DNA of 64,000 nucleotides. Origin: Callorhinchus milii. Lineage: Eukaryota. The stretch covers positions 1 through 64,000 of the forward strand of contig NW_024704798.1 of the NCBI RefSeq assembly GCF_018977255.1, read 5' to 3'. The notes beneath the pieces are model-generated. The model saw nothing but the letters and a program-made list of their open reading frames with translations, searched no databases and was not told the origin of the DNA. Below are positions 35,151 through 48,368 of this stretch, piece by piece; within the stretch, counting starts at the first letter, position 1, and each line of letters begins with the position of its first letter. Made by a program: the position numbers and the translations under genes.

Positions 35151-37731
35151 CGGACGAAATAATAAGAGTAATAATAAAAAGTAACATTAATACGTAAAAA
35201 TGTTTCTAATTGACCCAATTTCTTACATGTCTCAAACTTCTTCACAGGTTTTCTTTGAAACACAGTAAAGTCTCTTTCATTTCAGCTTCTCTCAAGGATT
35301 CTCCTTACTCAGCTCTGCGATTTGCTGTAGGCTCACCGACCACGCCTCTCTCTTTGGTGACTGACAACCATCTGATTGATATCGCAACTGCTCTATGTGC
35401 CCCACATTGGTTCTTTGGAAATCACAGGCCTTCTGTCGCTTGCTTTATGCTTTATTGAAACAATGGAGAAAAATGTTTGTCTTATTATCCTGTGGTGTGA
35501 TTCAGAAATCTGCTGACATTCAAAAATATTATGTAAAGTCACTAGAATTTCATGCATTACATTTTTGCCGCCTGGAGCAGAAACATTCTGCATCTGGCGA
35601 TATACCTGGGTTCAGAGTCCGGATCACAGCTGGGTGGAGGTGGATGTCCCACCTACTCATGTGGCCTTCAAGAACCTGTCATTCGCCTCTATGTCTTGGC
35701 TAACGTTTAGTTGCTTTGAGTCAGCCAACTAATCTCAAAGATAAGTTATCTTGTAATTGTATAATGCAACAAGATAATCTTGAATTTCACTACTAAGCAT
35801 ATCCCTTGCTGCTTAATCATAATAATAATAAACCTTGTTTTTCTGTAAAGCATTTATTGTGCCGGAACGACAATGAATTTTGGAGGCGACTGCAGCATTC
35901 GCATCAATGTCCCTCAATCAGTCGTTAAGCAAATTATCAATTTAATCTCGATATTTTTGTTGGTAGAAACGCCCTTCCCTTTTCCAGCAATTTCACGTTA
36001 GCATTAATGTTCAACAGAAAAAGGAGACTGAATCGCTATTTTTCATCTGAACCAGGTGAACACCAGCACCAACAATGCAGCAGAAACCAATCACTGCTTT
36101 ATTGTGTCAATTTAAACGGTATTATATCTGGTCGTCTCTGGCCCAAACCGAGGGAAACACTGAGCCGCCCATCATATGTCAGCACACGCCAGCAGTCATA
36201 TCACATCACTCAGCCTCCAGCATAGTCGAGTGCACAGCCCTCAGCATCGTCCACCACACAACACCAATCATATCACATCATACAGTCTCCAGCATAGCCC
36301 AAGACACAGCCATCAGCATAGCCCAGCTCACAGCCTGCAGCAAAGCCCAGCATACAGCAAGAATCATTTCACATCACACAGCACCTGGCATAGCCCAGCT
36401 CACAGCCACCAACATAGCTCAGCTCACAGCCAACAACATAGCTCAGCTCAGAGTCTGTAGCATAGCCCAGCAGACAACAACCAGCACAGCCAAGCTCACA
36501 GCCTGCAGCATAGCCCAGCACACAACAACCAGCACAGCCCAGCTCACAGCCTGCAGAATAGCCCAGCACACAACACGAATCATTTAACATCACACATCCC
36601 CCAGCACAGCCCAGCTCAAAGCCTCCATCCAGCATGAGACACCCAGCACAGCCCAGACTACAGATCGCAACTTAGCCTCGCGTACAGCCCCCATCATTTG
36701 CACAATAACACGCAGTTTCCTCGTGGCCCGAGGGTAGGGTGACAGTATCATATGATTCAAAGGCGGGGAGACTTACAAAATATTGAGCTGACGACAGTTC
36801 CTGCTTCTGTCAGACCAGGATAAGGTTTTGCATTAATGGGTGTGTTTCCTTGACCAACGGGTGTCTTTGACAATCGTAATGTTCTTCTTTATTTTCTTGC
36901 TGATTGAACGTAGTAAAGATTTACCTCAAAGATTCACCGGCTCACTTTACCTCACCCCTTAACCCAATGGCCCCTCACTTCACACACTCAAACCCACACT
37001 CACATTCACACAACATCAGACACAAACACTCTCAGATCCACACATAGGCCTCACACAATCCTCAAACACACACCCTCGCACACGCACACTCATGCACAAA
37101 CATTCATACACAAAGTCTCACACGTACACATTAACACACACTGTAAAACATAATCCTCTCTCTCTCCCACAACATCAGGCAATCCGTCACGTTCCCCCAC
37201 ACGATGAAACACACTTCAGACACACAGTGTCAGGCACACACACCATCGCTCACACACTTCTCAAGACATACTCTGCAAGGATTATTATTATATTTTTATA
37301 CACTCACACACAAACGTCTCACACACAAACTCGCATACCCTCTCTCACACACCCTCACAACCAACTTAGTGTTATTAATCCACAAGGACTTAGAAAATTC
37401 TTCACTTAATAAGAAATATAAACGTTGTCATTTGAATTATCAAAAAAATATAACACGCGTATGTATAACGTACACAAATGTCAGTGTGATAGGTTTCCGC
37501 AAGGATACCATACAAGTTGCTAAAAATGATTAATTTACGTAAGTTGCACCGCTCAGGGAGAGCACATGTTATCCACATGGCTGAATCTCGTTCGACATCA
37601 TGTAATAAATCTTCTAAGTCAAGCGTTCACGTTGGTATAAATCAGGCTTTGTTTTTTTGCTCTTGAAACCCATATATTTATTCTGATCTCCTGTCTATAC
37701 GGAGACGAGGTACCATCGGTTCACTGTCGAG

Positions 37732-40012
37732 ATGACAATAGCACCAATACACAGGATACAAAACATTTACTATCCGGTTCTCGCTGCCATTGGAGTTCCT
37801 GGCAAGTTGTTTAACTTAATCGTTAGTTAGACTAGTTTGCAGTAAAGTTTGCAGCCTGACTCAGGTGGTAGCATTTCTCCTCTGAATCAGAAAGATGTGG
37901 TTTGCAGACCCCGACCCATTGATCTTTGCTGGAGGATCCGCGATTTGTATACGTATTTAACAAGTAATGTCCTACTTGATCCTTCAGATATCAAAGATTC
38001 TGTGACACAGCTAAAAAAAGGGCGGATTTGATTGCGGGTTGTTGGGCACACCTACTTGCAAAAAACACTTCGCGGTATGCTTGTTAATTTACTTTATATC
38101 TGTTTGTCTGTTTTTAATTGCCGCATTTGCCAACAAATAGGCTTTTCAGTAAACTTAAACGCTTTGCAAAAATAATAATATTCCTCACATTTGATATTGC
38201 ACTTTGTAAGTATTCCATACAACGCAAAGCGTTGCAGAGAATATAGTAAACAGAGAATTGTCTTTGCACTGATAGATTAAACTCAGCAGCCACTTGCGCA
38301 TTGCAGAATACCACAAACAACCATGGATGGAGCGGCCAGATGTTCATTTTAATGATTATTATCCTCGGAAATGTGAACTACCAATTGACTAACAAACGGG
38401 TGTCTGCTTACTGCTCGGTAAATGGAAATATTAAGCGAAGCGTATTGATATGTTTATAAGTAGTGAATAGTGTCGTATCAAATGCAAGTGAAATTGCTAT
38501 TATTATTATGTGTTACATAGCGGGAATAAGAGAAGATGATCGGAAAATCGCAACTGATAATATTATATTAAGCTATGGGTTTAGCCAATGATTATCCATA
38601 CGTTTGACTCATTTCTTAGTGTTCTTGCCTCTCAGTTAGAAGTTTGCAGGTTGGAGCCCACAGCACCTCATTGAGCTCAGAGTCCGAACCGTGATAGTCC
38701 ACGCTTTAGGCCTGTGGCGTTTTCTGGCAACTTAACCACAATTTTAAACTGTAAAACTGTGTGGGTTTGGCTGCCCCATTTCGCCCACAAAATGTACCGT
38801 TAATTCACTTTTCAGGTTATTTTGTGAACCGCTTTGAGACCTCACAACGAAACGTTAAATTGTTGTGTCGAATGCAAGCATTTTTATTAATTATTATTAA
38901 TATTATTACTATTAATGAGGGCCGGATGACAGCCACATAAGGAACAGTTTTATGATTGTCTTTCAGAAACATAACTTATAACAATTATATTGAAATCCGA
39001 TGTTTAAAATTGAGTACCTTATTTGATATACAATTCCAACTTTCGATTGGCAGCAAAAAATATCGGAATTGTCAAGCAATAATACCTTCAGCGATGAGAA
39101 ATCTCTCTCTCTCTCTCTCTTTCTGTCATTATCTCTGTGTGTGTGTGTCTGTGTGTATGTCTGTATCTGGCTTTGTCTGTATGTGTCGACTGCTTTCGAT
39201 TTCTTGATGCTGTATTAATTGCAGATGTGTTAATTAAACGCAAGTTGTTGTACTGTGGTGATGGGCATTTATCTGTCTCGCTCTCTCCAGCAAACCTGGT
39301 GTCGATTGAAATTCTGTCTCGTGGGCGGTGTGGACTCTCCAAATGTATCAGTCACTATCTGGTGGCCATGTCCACAGCAGATCTGTTGGTGATTATCACA
39401 TCAGTGATTTTCTATCCAGTTATTCCTTCTTATTCACCCAATTCATTCCTGTCCATCACACCTGTTTGTAGGCTAGTTATAGTCTTGTTGATTTCATCAA
39501 CGTCAACTTCTGTCTTGTTAACTGTGGCTTTCACCTTTGATCGATATGTGGCCATTTGTTGCCAAAACCTGAAAACAAAATATTGTTCAGAAAAAACTTC
39601 TGTTCCAGTGATAACGGTATTGACTGCGCTGTTCGTAGTGATAAGTATTCCCTGGGATTTTATATTTGAACCAAAGTATATCATTAACGATATACCGTGG
39701 GGTTGCGAACCGAAAGCAAGCTATTACACTCTCTGGTCCTCTCACACTGTCTGGCCATCTAACACTCTCTGGTCATCTCACACTGTCTGGTCATCTCACA
39801 CTGTCTTGTCGTCTCACACTCTCTCGTCATCTCACACTCTCTGGTTATCTCACACTGTCTGGTCACCTCACACCGTCTGGTCCTCTCACAGTGTCCGGTC
39901 ATCTCACACTGTCTGGTCATCTCACGCTGTCTGGTCATCTCACTTTCTGGTCATCTCACAATGTCTGGTCATCTCACAATGTCTGGTCATCTCACACTGT
40001 TTGGTCATCTGA
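37732..40012 (+). pseudogene. Truncated GPR139/142-like GPCR duplicate: exon 1 37732-37801, exon 2 from 39291, homology ends ~39730 (after TM4), then reads into the 18-bp array
   Basis: Exon 1 MTIAPIHRIQNIYYPVLAAIGVP; exon 2 close to the 47422 exon up to EPKASY; TM5-7 missing; V-to-E change in TM1. Confidence 0.85.
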
Positions 40013-40075
40013 AACTGCCTGGTCATCTCAAACTGTCTGGTCATCTCAAACTGTCTGTTTGTCTCAAACTGTCTG
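39731..40075 (+). repeat. 18-bp minisatellite (CTGGTCATCTCACACTGT)n, copy 2, at the duplication junction
   Basis: Directly visible; the following flank matches 35150 onward. Confidence 0.95.
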
Positions 40076-42219
40076 ATTATCTCAAACTGTCGGATGAAAT
40101 AATAAGAGTAAGAATAAAAAGTAACATTAATACGTAAAAAAATTTCTACTTCACCCAAATTCTTACATGTCTCAAACTTCTTCACAGGTTTTCAAGGATT
40201 CTCCTTACTTATCTCTGCGATTTGCTTTAGCCTCAGCGACCACGCCTCTCCCTTTGGTGACTGACAATCATCTGATTGATATTGCAACTGCTCTATGTGC
40301 CCCACACTGGCTCTTTGGAAATCACAGGCCTTCTGTCGCTTGCTTTATGCTTTATTGAACAATGGAGAAAATTGTGTGCCTTAATGTCCTGTGGTGTGAT
40401 TCCCAAATCTGCTGACATTCAAAAATATTGTGTAAAGTCACTAGAATTTCATGCCTTACATTTTTGCCGCCTGGAGCAGACACATTCTGCAACTGGCTAT
40501 ATACCTGGGTTCAGAGTCCGGATCACAGCTGGGTGGATGTGGATGTCCCACCTGCTCATGTGGCCTTCAATAACCAGTTATTCTCCTCTATGTCTTGGCT
40601 ATCGTTCAGTTGCTTTGAGGCAGCCAACTAAACTGAAAGCTACGTTATCTTGTTATAGTATAATGCAACAAGATAATCTCGAATTCCACTACTAAGCATA
40701 TCCCATGGTGCTTAATAATAATAATAATAAACATTGTTTTTCATGTAAAGCACTTAATGCGGTGGAATGACAATGGATTTTGGAGGCGACTGCAGCAGAC
40801 GCATCAATGTCCCTCAATCAGTCATTAAGCAAATTATCAATTTAATCTCGATATTTTTGTTGGTAGAAACGCTCTTCCCTTTTCCAGCAATTTCACGATA
40901 GCATTAATGTTCAACAGAAAAAGGAGACTGAATCGCTATTTTTTTATCTGAACCAGGTGAACAACCGCTCCAACAATGCAGCAGAAACCAATCACTACTT
41001 TATTGTGTCAATTTAAACGGTATTATATCTGTTCGTCTCTGGCCCAAACCCAGGGAAACACTGAGCCGCTCATCATATGTCAGCACACACTAGTAATCAT
41101 ATCACATCACTCAGCCTGCAGCATAGCCCAATACACATCCCTGAGCATCGTCCACCACACAACGCCAATCATATCACATCATACAGCCTCCAGCATAACC
41201 CAAGACACAGCCATCAGCAAAGCACAGCTCACATTCTGCAGCACAGCCCAGCACACAGCCTGCAGCAAAGCCCAGCATAAAGCAAGAATCATTTCACATC
41301 ACACAGCCCACAGCATAGCCCAGCTCACAGCCACCAATACAGCCAAGCTCACAGCCTCCATCCAGCATGAGACACCCAGCACAGCCCAGACTACAGATCG
41401 CAACTTAGCCTCGCGTACAGCCCCCATCATGTGCACAATAACACGCAGTTTCCTCATGGCCCGAGGGTAGGGTGACAGTATCATATGATCCAAAGGAGGG
41501 GAGGCGCATAAAATACTGAGCTGACGACAGTTCCTGCTTCTGTCAGACCAGGATAAGGTTTTGCATTAGTGGGTGTGTTTCCTTGACCAACGGGTGTGTT
41601 TGACAATCTTAATGTTCTTCTTTATTTTCTTGCTGTTTGAACGTCGTAAAGATTTACCTCAAAGATTCACCGACTCACTTTACCTCACCCCTGAAACCAG
41701 TGGCCCCTCACTTCACACACTCAAACCCTCACTCACATTCACACAACATCAGACACAAACAATCTCAGATGCACACGTAGGCCTCATACAATCATCAAAC
41801 ACACACCCTCGCACACGCACACTCATGCATAAACATTCACACACAAAGTCTCACACGTACACACTAACACACACTGTAAAACCTGTTCCTCTCTCTCTCC
41901 CACAACATCAGGCAATCCGTCACGTTCCCCCACACGATGAGACACACTTCACGCACACAGTGTCAGGCACACACACCGTCGCTCACACACTTCTCAAGAC
42001 ATACTCTGCAAGGGTTATTATTATATTGTTATACGCTCACACACAAACGTCTCACGCATACACTCGCATAGCCTCTCTCTCGCACCTTCACAACAAACTT
42101 AGTGTTATTAATCCACACGGACTTGGAAAATTCTTCACTTGAAAAGAAATATAAAACTTGTCATTCGAATTATCAAAAAATATAACATGCAGGTCAATAA
42201 TGTACACAAATTTCAGTTT

Positions 42220-43190
42220 CAAATTAACAGAATCAGTAATTGGTCAGCCCTTAAGCCTGCTTTTCTGACTGGAGGGAAGTGTACAGTGGCGTTCCCCAGT
42301 GATCGCTGTTTGGACCACTGCTCTTCTTAATGTACAAAAATTATCCGGAGTTGGGTATAGCAAATACTATTTCCAAGTTTGTGGACGACGGAAAGTCAGG
42401 AAGGGTGACAAACAGTGAGAGGGATAGGAGCCAACTACTGGAAGACAAAGACAGAATGCTAAAATGGGCAGACACAAAGTAGTTGAGTTTCAGTGGAGAG
42501 AAATGCGAAGCAATGTATTTTGCGTAGAAAGAATGAGGGAAGGCAATACAGACTGGTAATACAATCTTAAGGGGGTAAGAGAACAGAGACACCTAGAGGT
42601 GCAGGTAAATCAATCCTTGAAGGTGGCAGGACAGGTAGGTAAGGCTGCAAAAAGGACAAATGGAATTCTCGGCTTCATAAATAGGGGCATAGTGTACAAG
42701 AGTGAGGAGTCTATGATTAACTTATATAAATTCGTCCATAGGCCTCAGTTAGAATACTGCGCCCAGTTCTGGGCACCACACTATAGGAAGGATGTTAAGG
42801 CATTGGAAAGGGTGCAGAGGAGATTTACGAGGATGTTAGCAGGGATAAGGGACCTTGATTATGAGGAAGGATAGAGAGGCTGGGTTAATTCTAAAAATTG
42901 GAGCAGCGAAGTTTACGAGGAGACCTGGTAGTGCTATTCAAAACCATGAGGGTATTTGATATGTTAGCAAGAATAAAACTGTTTCCACTGGTGGGTGAAT
43001 CAGTGACTGAAGGTCACAGAATCAAAAAACTACCTAAAAAAAGCAGAGGGGATGTGAGAAGAATTTTTTTCACGCAGCGAGTTGTTCGAATCTGGAAGGC
43101 TTTGCCTGAAAGGGCGGTCGAGGCCGATTCGATAACTAATTTTAAAAACGCGGTGCATGGGTATTTGAGGAGGACGCCTTTTGGCCAATT
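42220..43190 (+). mobile_element. CR1 LINE RT 3' fragment within a ~1.9-kb block (42218-44146) absent from the first GPCR duplicate
   Basis: GILGFINRGIVYKS...RPQLEYCAQFWAPHYRKDVKALERVQRRFTRM and RRIFFTQRVVRIWKALP; frameshifts present. Confidence 0.9.
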
Positions 43191-44395
43191 CCAAATCTTG
43201 TTTAAAATCCTACTGTAACCTATCTTGTTCAGATTTGCAACCTGCTACATTCATTAGGTTACTGTCAGATATAAACTTAGCCAATGTGCTTGTGACCGCT
43301 AGTTCCAGATATTTCAAATATTAAACAAAAGAGGTCCAAATGCAAATGCTTATTGAACTCCTCTAGTAATAATTTCCCAGTCTGATGACATTCTTCGTTT
43401 TACCATCCTCTGGTCTCTTGCCGTCAATCAATTGGATAGTCAGGATAGTATATGCGAAACACAGACAGCTGGACATACACACAGACAAAGAGAGACATGC
43501 ATGCAGAAAAAGGAAGGGGAAACAGACGCGAGTGGGAGAGAGAGGGATCCAGTCCTTCATTGCATTGTCCCAAATTGGGGCTTGAACACACAAAATGCTG
43601 ATTCAAGAGGTGAGAATGCTGCAACGAATCCAGGGTGACACCTAATGTTTAGCAACTGATAGCGCAATTGATGCCACAATCTATTGAATGTAGGGAATTC
43701 ATGTTGGAATTATTTGGCACACAAAACAAAACAGTCAGTTAAATTTACAGTATATTTGCGAAGCGTTTCGAGAAGTCTTGAAGAAATAAATGGTTTATCA
43801 AAGTCAAGGATCATTATTATTAATGTGGTGTTATTATTCTGAAACATTTCCACAAACCTCGATGATCTGCAACAGTGCCTTCACTGGGGTCCCAAAGCCT
43901 TGTTTCTTGTCAATCTGGACGCAACACACTCCAGAATTAGTTCAAGGTGAGTGCGAGTCTCCAGGGAGAGAGTGTGCCTTCAATTTCATTCACTGTGTGG
44001 TTTACATTATTATTATTATTATTACATATAATAATTTGTAAATGGCTACATACGTTGACCACTGTTTCTGGTTTGGATAGTTTAATAACAGCAAACAGCA
44101 TTTACATAGTATACTGAACGCAATTTGGCCTCTCGATGTCGAAACCGTGGCGATAGGATTCCGCATGGATGCCATAACATGTTGCTAAAAAAAATTAATT
44201 TACGTAAGTTGCACCGCTCAGGGAGAGCACATGTTTCTCACATGGCTGAATCTCGTTCGTCATCATGTAATAAATCTTCTGAGTCAAGCGTTCACGTTGG
44301 TATAAATCAGGCTGTGTTTTTCGCTCTTGAATCTCATATAGTTATTCTGATCTCTTGTCTGTACCGAGCGGAGGTACCATCGGTTCTCTGCGAAG

Positions 44396-46083
44396 ATGAC
44401 AATTGCGCTAACACACAGGATACAAAACATTTACTATCCGGTTCTCGCTGCCTTTGGAGTTCCTGGCAAGTTGTTTAACTTAATCGTTAGTTAGACTAGT
44501 TTGCAGTAAAGTTTGCAGCCTGACTCAGTTGGTAGCACTTTCTCCTCTGAATCAGAAAGATGTGGTTTGCAGACCCAGACCCGTTGATCTTTGCTGTAGG
44601 TGCCGCGATTTGTATATGTATTTAACAAGTAAAGTCCTACTTGATCCTTCAGATATCAAAGATCCTGTGGCACAATAAAAGAAAGGGGGATTTGTTTGGA
44701 GGTTGTTGGGCAACAACTACTTGCAAAAAACTTCGCGATATGCTTCATAATTTACTTTATATCTGTTTGTTTGCTTTTAATTGCCGCGATTGCCAGCAAA
44801 TAGGCTTTTCAGTAAACTCAAATGCTTTGGGATGTTTGGACGCCGAAAGGTGGCGATGCCTCAAATGTTAGTCAGTCTGTACCGTACTATTAATATATAT
44901 ATATTAATGGATTCCTGTCGCTCGGTGGTAAGAGCAATAACATCGCAAGCGAGAGACCAGGGTTCAATTCCCGGGAGTGCGAAATGTTGCGAAATGGAGA
45001 TAGTAATCCGTACAAAAAATCCAAGTGAGTCTGTGAGACATTTTTGTTTGGAATTGACTGCCGCGATTCATCCACAAACGTACAGTCAAGTCACTTTACA
45101 AAAATAATAATATTCCTCATATTTGATATTGCACTTTGTATGTATTCCATACAACGCAAAGTGCTGCAGAGAATATAGTGCACAGAGAATTGTCTTTACA
45201 CCGATAGATTAAACTCGGCAGCCATTTGCGCATTGCAGTATACCACAAACAACCATGGATTTGGCGGCCAGATGTTTATTTTAATGATTATTATCCTAGG
45301 AAATGTGAACTACCAATTGACTAACAACCGGGTGTCTGCTTACTGCTCGGTAAATGGATATATCAAGTGAAGCATTTTGATATGTCTATAACAAGTGAAA
45401 AGTGTCATATCAAATGCAAGTAAAATTACTATCATGATTATATATTACACAGAGGGAAAAATCGCAACTGGTTTTATTATTTTAAACTGTGGGTTTAGCC
45501 AATGATTATCCATACGTTTGACTCATTTATTAGTGTTCTTACCTCTCAGTTATAAGTTTGCGGATTGAAGACCACAACATTACATTGAGCTGAGGGTCCG
45601 AACCGTGATAGTCGATGCTTTTGGCCTGTGTTGTTTCCTGGCAATTTACCCACAATTTTAAATTGTAAAACTCTGTGCGTTTGGCTGCCGCATTTCGCCC
45701 ACAAAATATACAGTTAATTCACTTTCAGGTTATTTTGTGAACCTATTTTAGACCTCACAACGAAACGTTAAAGCGTTGCATCGAACGCAAGCATTTCTAT
45801 TAATTATTATTAATAATTTTATAATTAATGAGGGCCGGATGACTGCCACATAAGCAACAGTTTATGATTGTCTTTCCGAAACATAACCTGTAAGAATTAT
45901 ATAGAAATCATATGTTTAGAATTGTGTACCTTTATTTGATAAACAATTCAACCTGTAGATAGGCAGTAAAAAATAATCCAAATTGTCAAACTATAATACC
46001 TACAGCGATGAGAAATCTACCTCTGTGTGTCTCTGCCTGTCTTTTACTCTCTCTCTCTCTCTCTCTCTGGCTCTTTCTCTCTC

Positions 46084-46120
<37 letters not shown>

Positions 46121-48368
46121 GTCTGCGTGTATGTCTGTACCTTTCTTTGTCTGCATGTAGTTTTGTATCCCACACTATATAAATATGTGTGTCTCTCTCT
46201 ACCTATGTAGGTCTGTCTATGAGGATCTCTCCATCTCTCTGTCTGTTTGTGTGATATTTTCTATGTATCTCGCCCTGTCAGTTGATATCTCTGTATCTGA
46301 ATCCATCTCTGTATATCTCTTTAACAATCTGTCAGTCCGTGCTTGTCGCTATCGCTGTGATTCTCTGATTTCTCTGTCACTGCATTGCTCAGTAATTATG
46401 TATGACTTCATGTGTATTTCTCTCGTGCTGTCTGCTGTGCCTCTTTCTGTCTCTGTGCGTATATTTTTCTGTCTGTGTCTCTGTTTCTCTATCTGGGTGT
46501 GTATCTCTCTCTGTGTCTGGGTGTTTCTCGCTGCGTGCGTTTGTGTTTCCCTCTCTCTCTGTCTTTGAATCTCTCTCTCACGCTGTCCATGATTGTGTTT
46601 CTTTCTCCACCGGTCTCTCTCTCATTCTTTCTGATAACGATGATTCTTTTTTGCGCATTGTTTTTGCGTCTCTCTGTGTCTGTCTGTGTCAGTGAATCGC
46701 TCTTCTGTTATCCTTTTAGAAATGATTGACAATTTCTGCTGAATTTGTTTTTCTGTTTTTACGTCCGGGACAGACCACATACACACAGCGAAACAGCGTT
46801 CGAGGGCACAAGCAACATTTATGTGTTTCCGATCGAGAAACACAACCCGTAGGAGTATAGAAACCCTGCATTAAAACTGCATCATTTTAATGCAGTTTCA
46901 CTCCATTTCAGTTACGATACAGACTCTAAACGGGCAATGTAAAAAGCATAAAATTTTTAAAATAATGATAGAATCCCTGACAAGATATCTCTCTTTGCTT
47001 CTGTTCTAACAGCTTCTACCATTGTCTGTCTCTAACTTGCGCGTTATCTCTGTACGAGTTCGTATCAAGTGCTCCAAGTCGCTTGAAGGGCTCTATATAA
47101 ATCCAAGTGATTGTTGCATCTATCTCTCTCTCTGTCTGTTTGTCTCTGTATCTTTCTGTCTGCGTGTATCGATACCTGTCTCTCTCTTTCCCTGTTTTGG
47201 TACCTTTGCATGTCAGGCATTTGCGAGTCAGGTTTTGTGCGATCACACATCGAATCCATTAGGTTAGATTTTGAGGTGGGAGAGAAAGTCAACTGTTCTT
47301 CATTCAGAGAGTCACTGCTTTCGATTTCTTGATACTTTATTGATTGAAGCGACTTGCTAAGTAAATGCAAGTTGTTGTATTGTTGTGATGGGCATTTCTC
47401 TGTCTCTCTCTCTCTCTCCAGCAAACCTGGTGTCGATTGTAATCCTGTCTCGTGGGCGGTGTGGACTCTCCAAATGTATCTCTCGCTATCTGGTGGCCAT
47501 GTCCACAGCAGATCTGTTCGTGATTATCACATCAGTGGTTTTCTATCGAGTAATTCTTCCTCATTTCCCGAATTCATTCCTGTCCATCACACCTATTTGT
47601 GCGCTCCTTATAATACTGGCTGCTTCTACAACGTCAATCTCTGTCTGGTTAACTGTGGCTTTCACCTTTGATCGATATGTGGCCATTTGTTGCCAAAATC
47701 TGAAAACAAAATATTGTTCAGAAAAAACTTCTGTTACAGTTATAGCGGTATTGAGTGCGCTGTGCGTTGTGATAAACATTCCCTGGGGTTTTATAGTTGA
47801 ACCAAAGTACATAATTAACGATATACCGTGGGGTTGTGAACCTAAAGCAAGCTATTTCACTTCTCCAACTTGGGCAGCGTTTGACACAATTAATTATATT
47901 TTAACCCCAATTCTCCCATTCGTTATGATTTTGTTGCTCAACGCCCTGACTGTCAGGCACATACTGGTGGCCAGCGGAGCCCGCAATAGATTGGGGGGAC
48001 ACAGCAATAGTTACAAGAGTCGAGGTGCGACTGACAGTGATCCGGAGATGAAGAACCGAAAAAAATCCATCGTTTTACTCTTTGCTATTTCCACCAGTTT
48101 TATATTATTATGGATGACATATGTTCTATGTTTCTTGTATTTTAGGATTTCTAAGACATATTACGTTACAAACCCAGATGACCCGATTTATATGACCTTG
48201 CACACTGGTTACATGCTGCAGCTTTTGAGTTCCTGCACAAACACTTGTATTTACGCGGCTACACAGACGAAATTCAGGGAGGAACTCAGCAAAGTGGTGA
48301 CTATTCCTTTCCTTCTAATTGTTAGATTATTTCATTTGGAAAAGTTGTTTGCGGCTCTGATAACTTGA
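44396..48368 (+). CDS. Intact two-exon class A GPCR, GPR139/GPR142-like (exon 1 44396-44465, exon 2 47422-48368; 338 aa)
   Basis: MTIALTHRIQNIYYPVLAAFGVP|ANLVSIVILSRGRCGLSKC...FTFDRYVAIC...SSCTNTCIYAATQTKFREEL; seven hydrophobic segments; GC donor (G|gcaagt), acceptor ctctccag. Confidence 0.88.

Noticed and set aside
34646-35197. 183-aa ORF with (SGHLTL)n
   Set aside because: Translation of the 18-bp minisatellite; no independent coding evidence.
47561-47812. Antisense ORFs inside the GPCR exons (also 39430-39684, 58327-58702)
   Set aside because: Shadows of the sense-strand GPCR codon structure.
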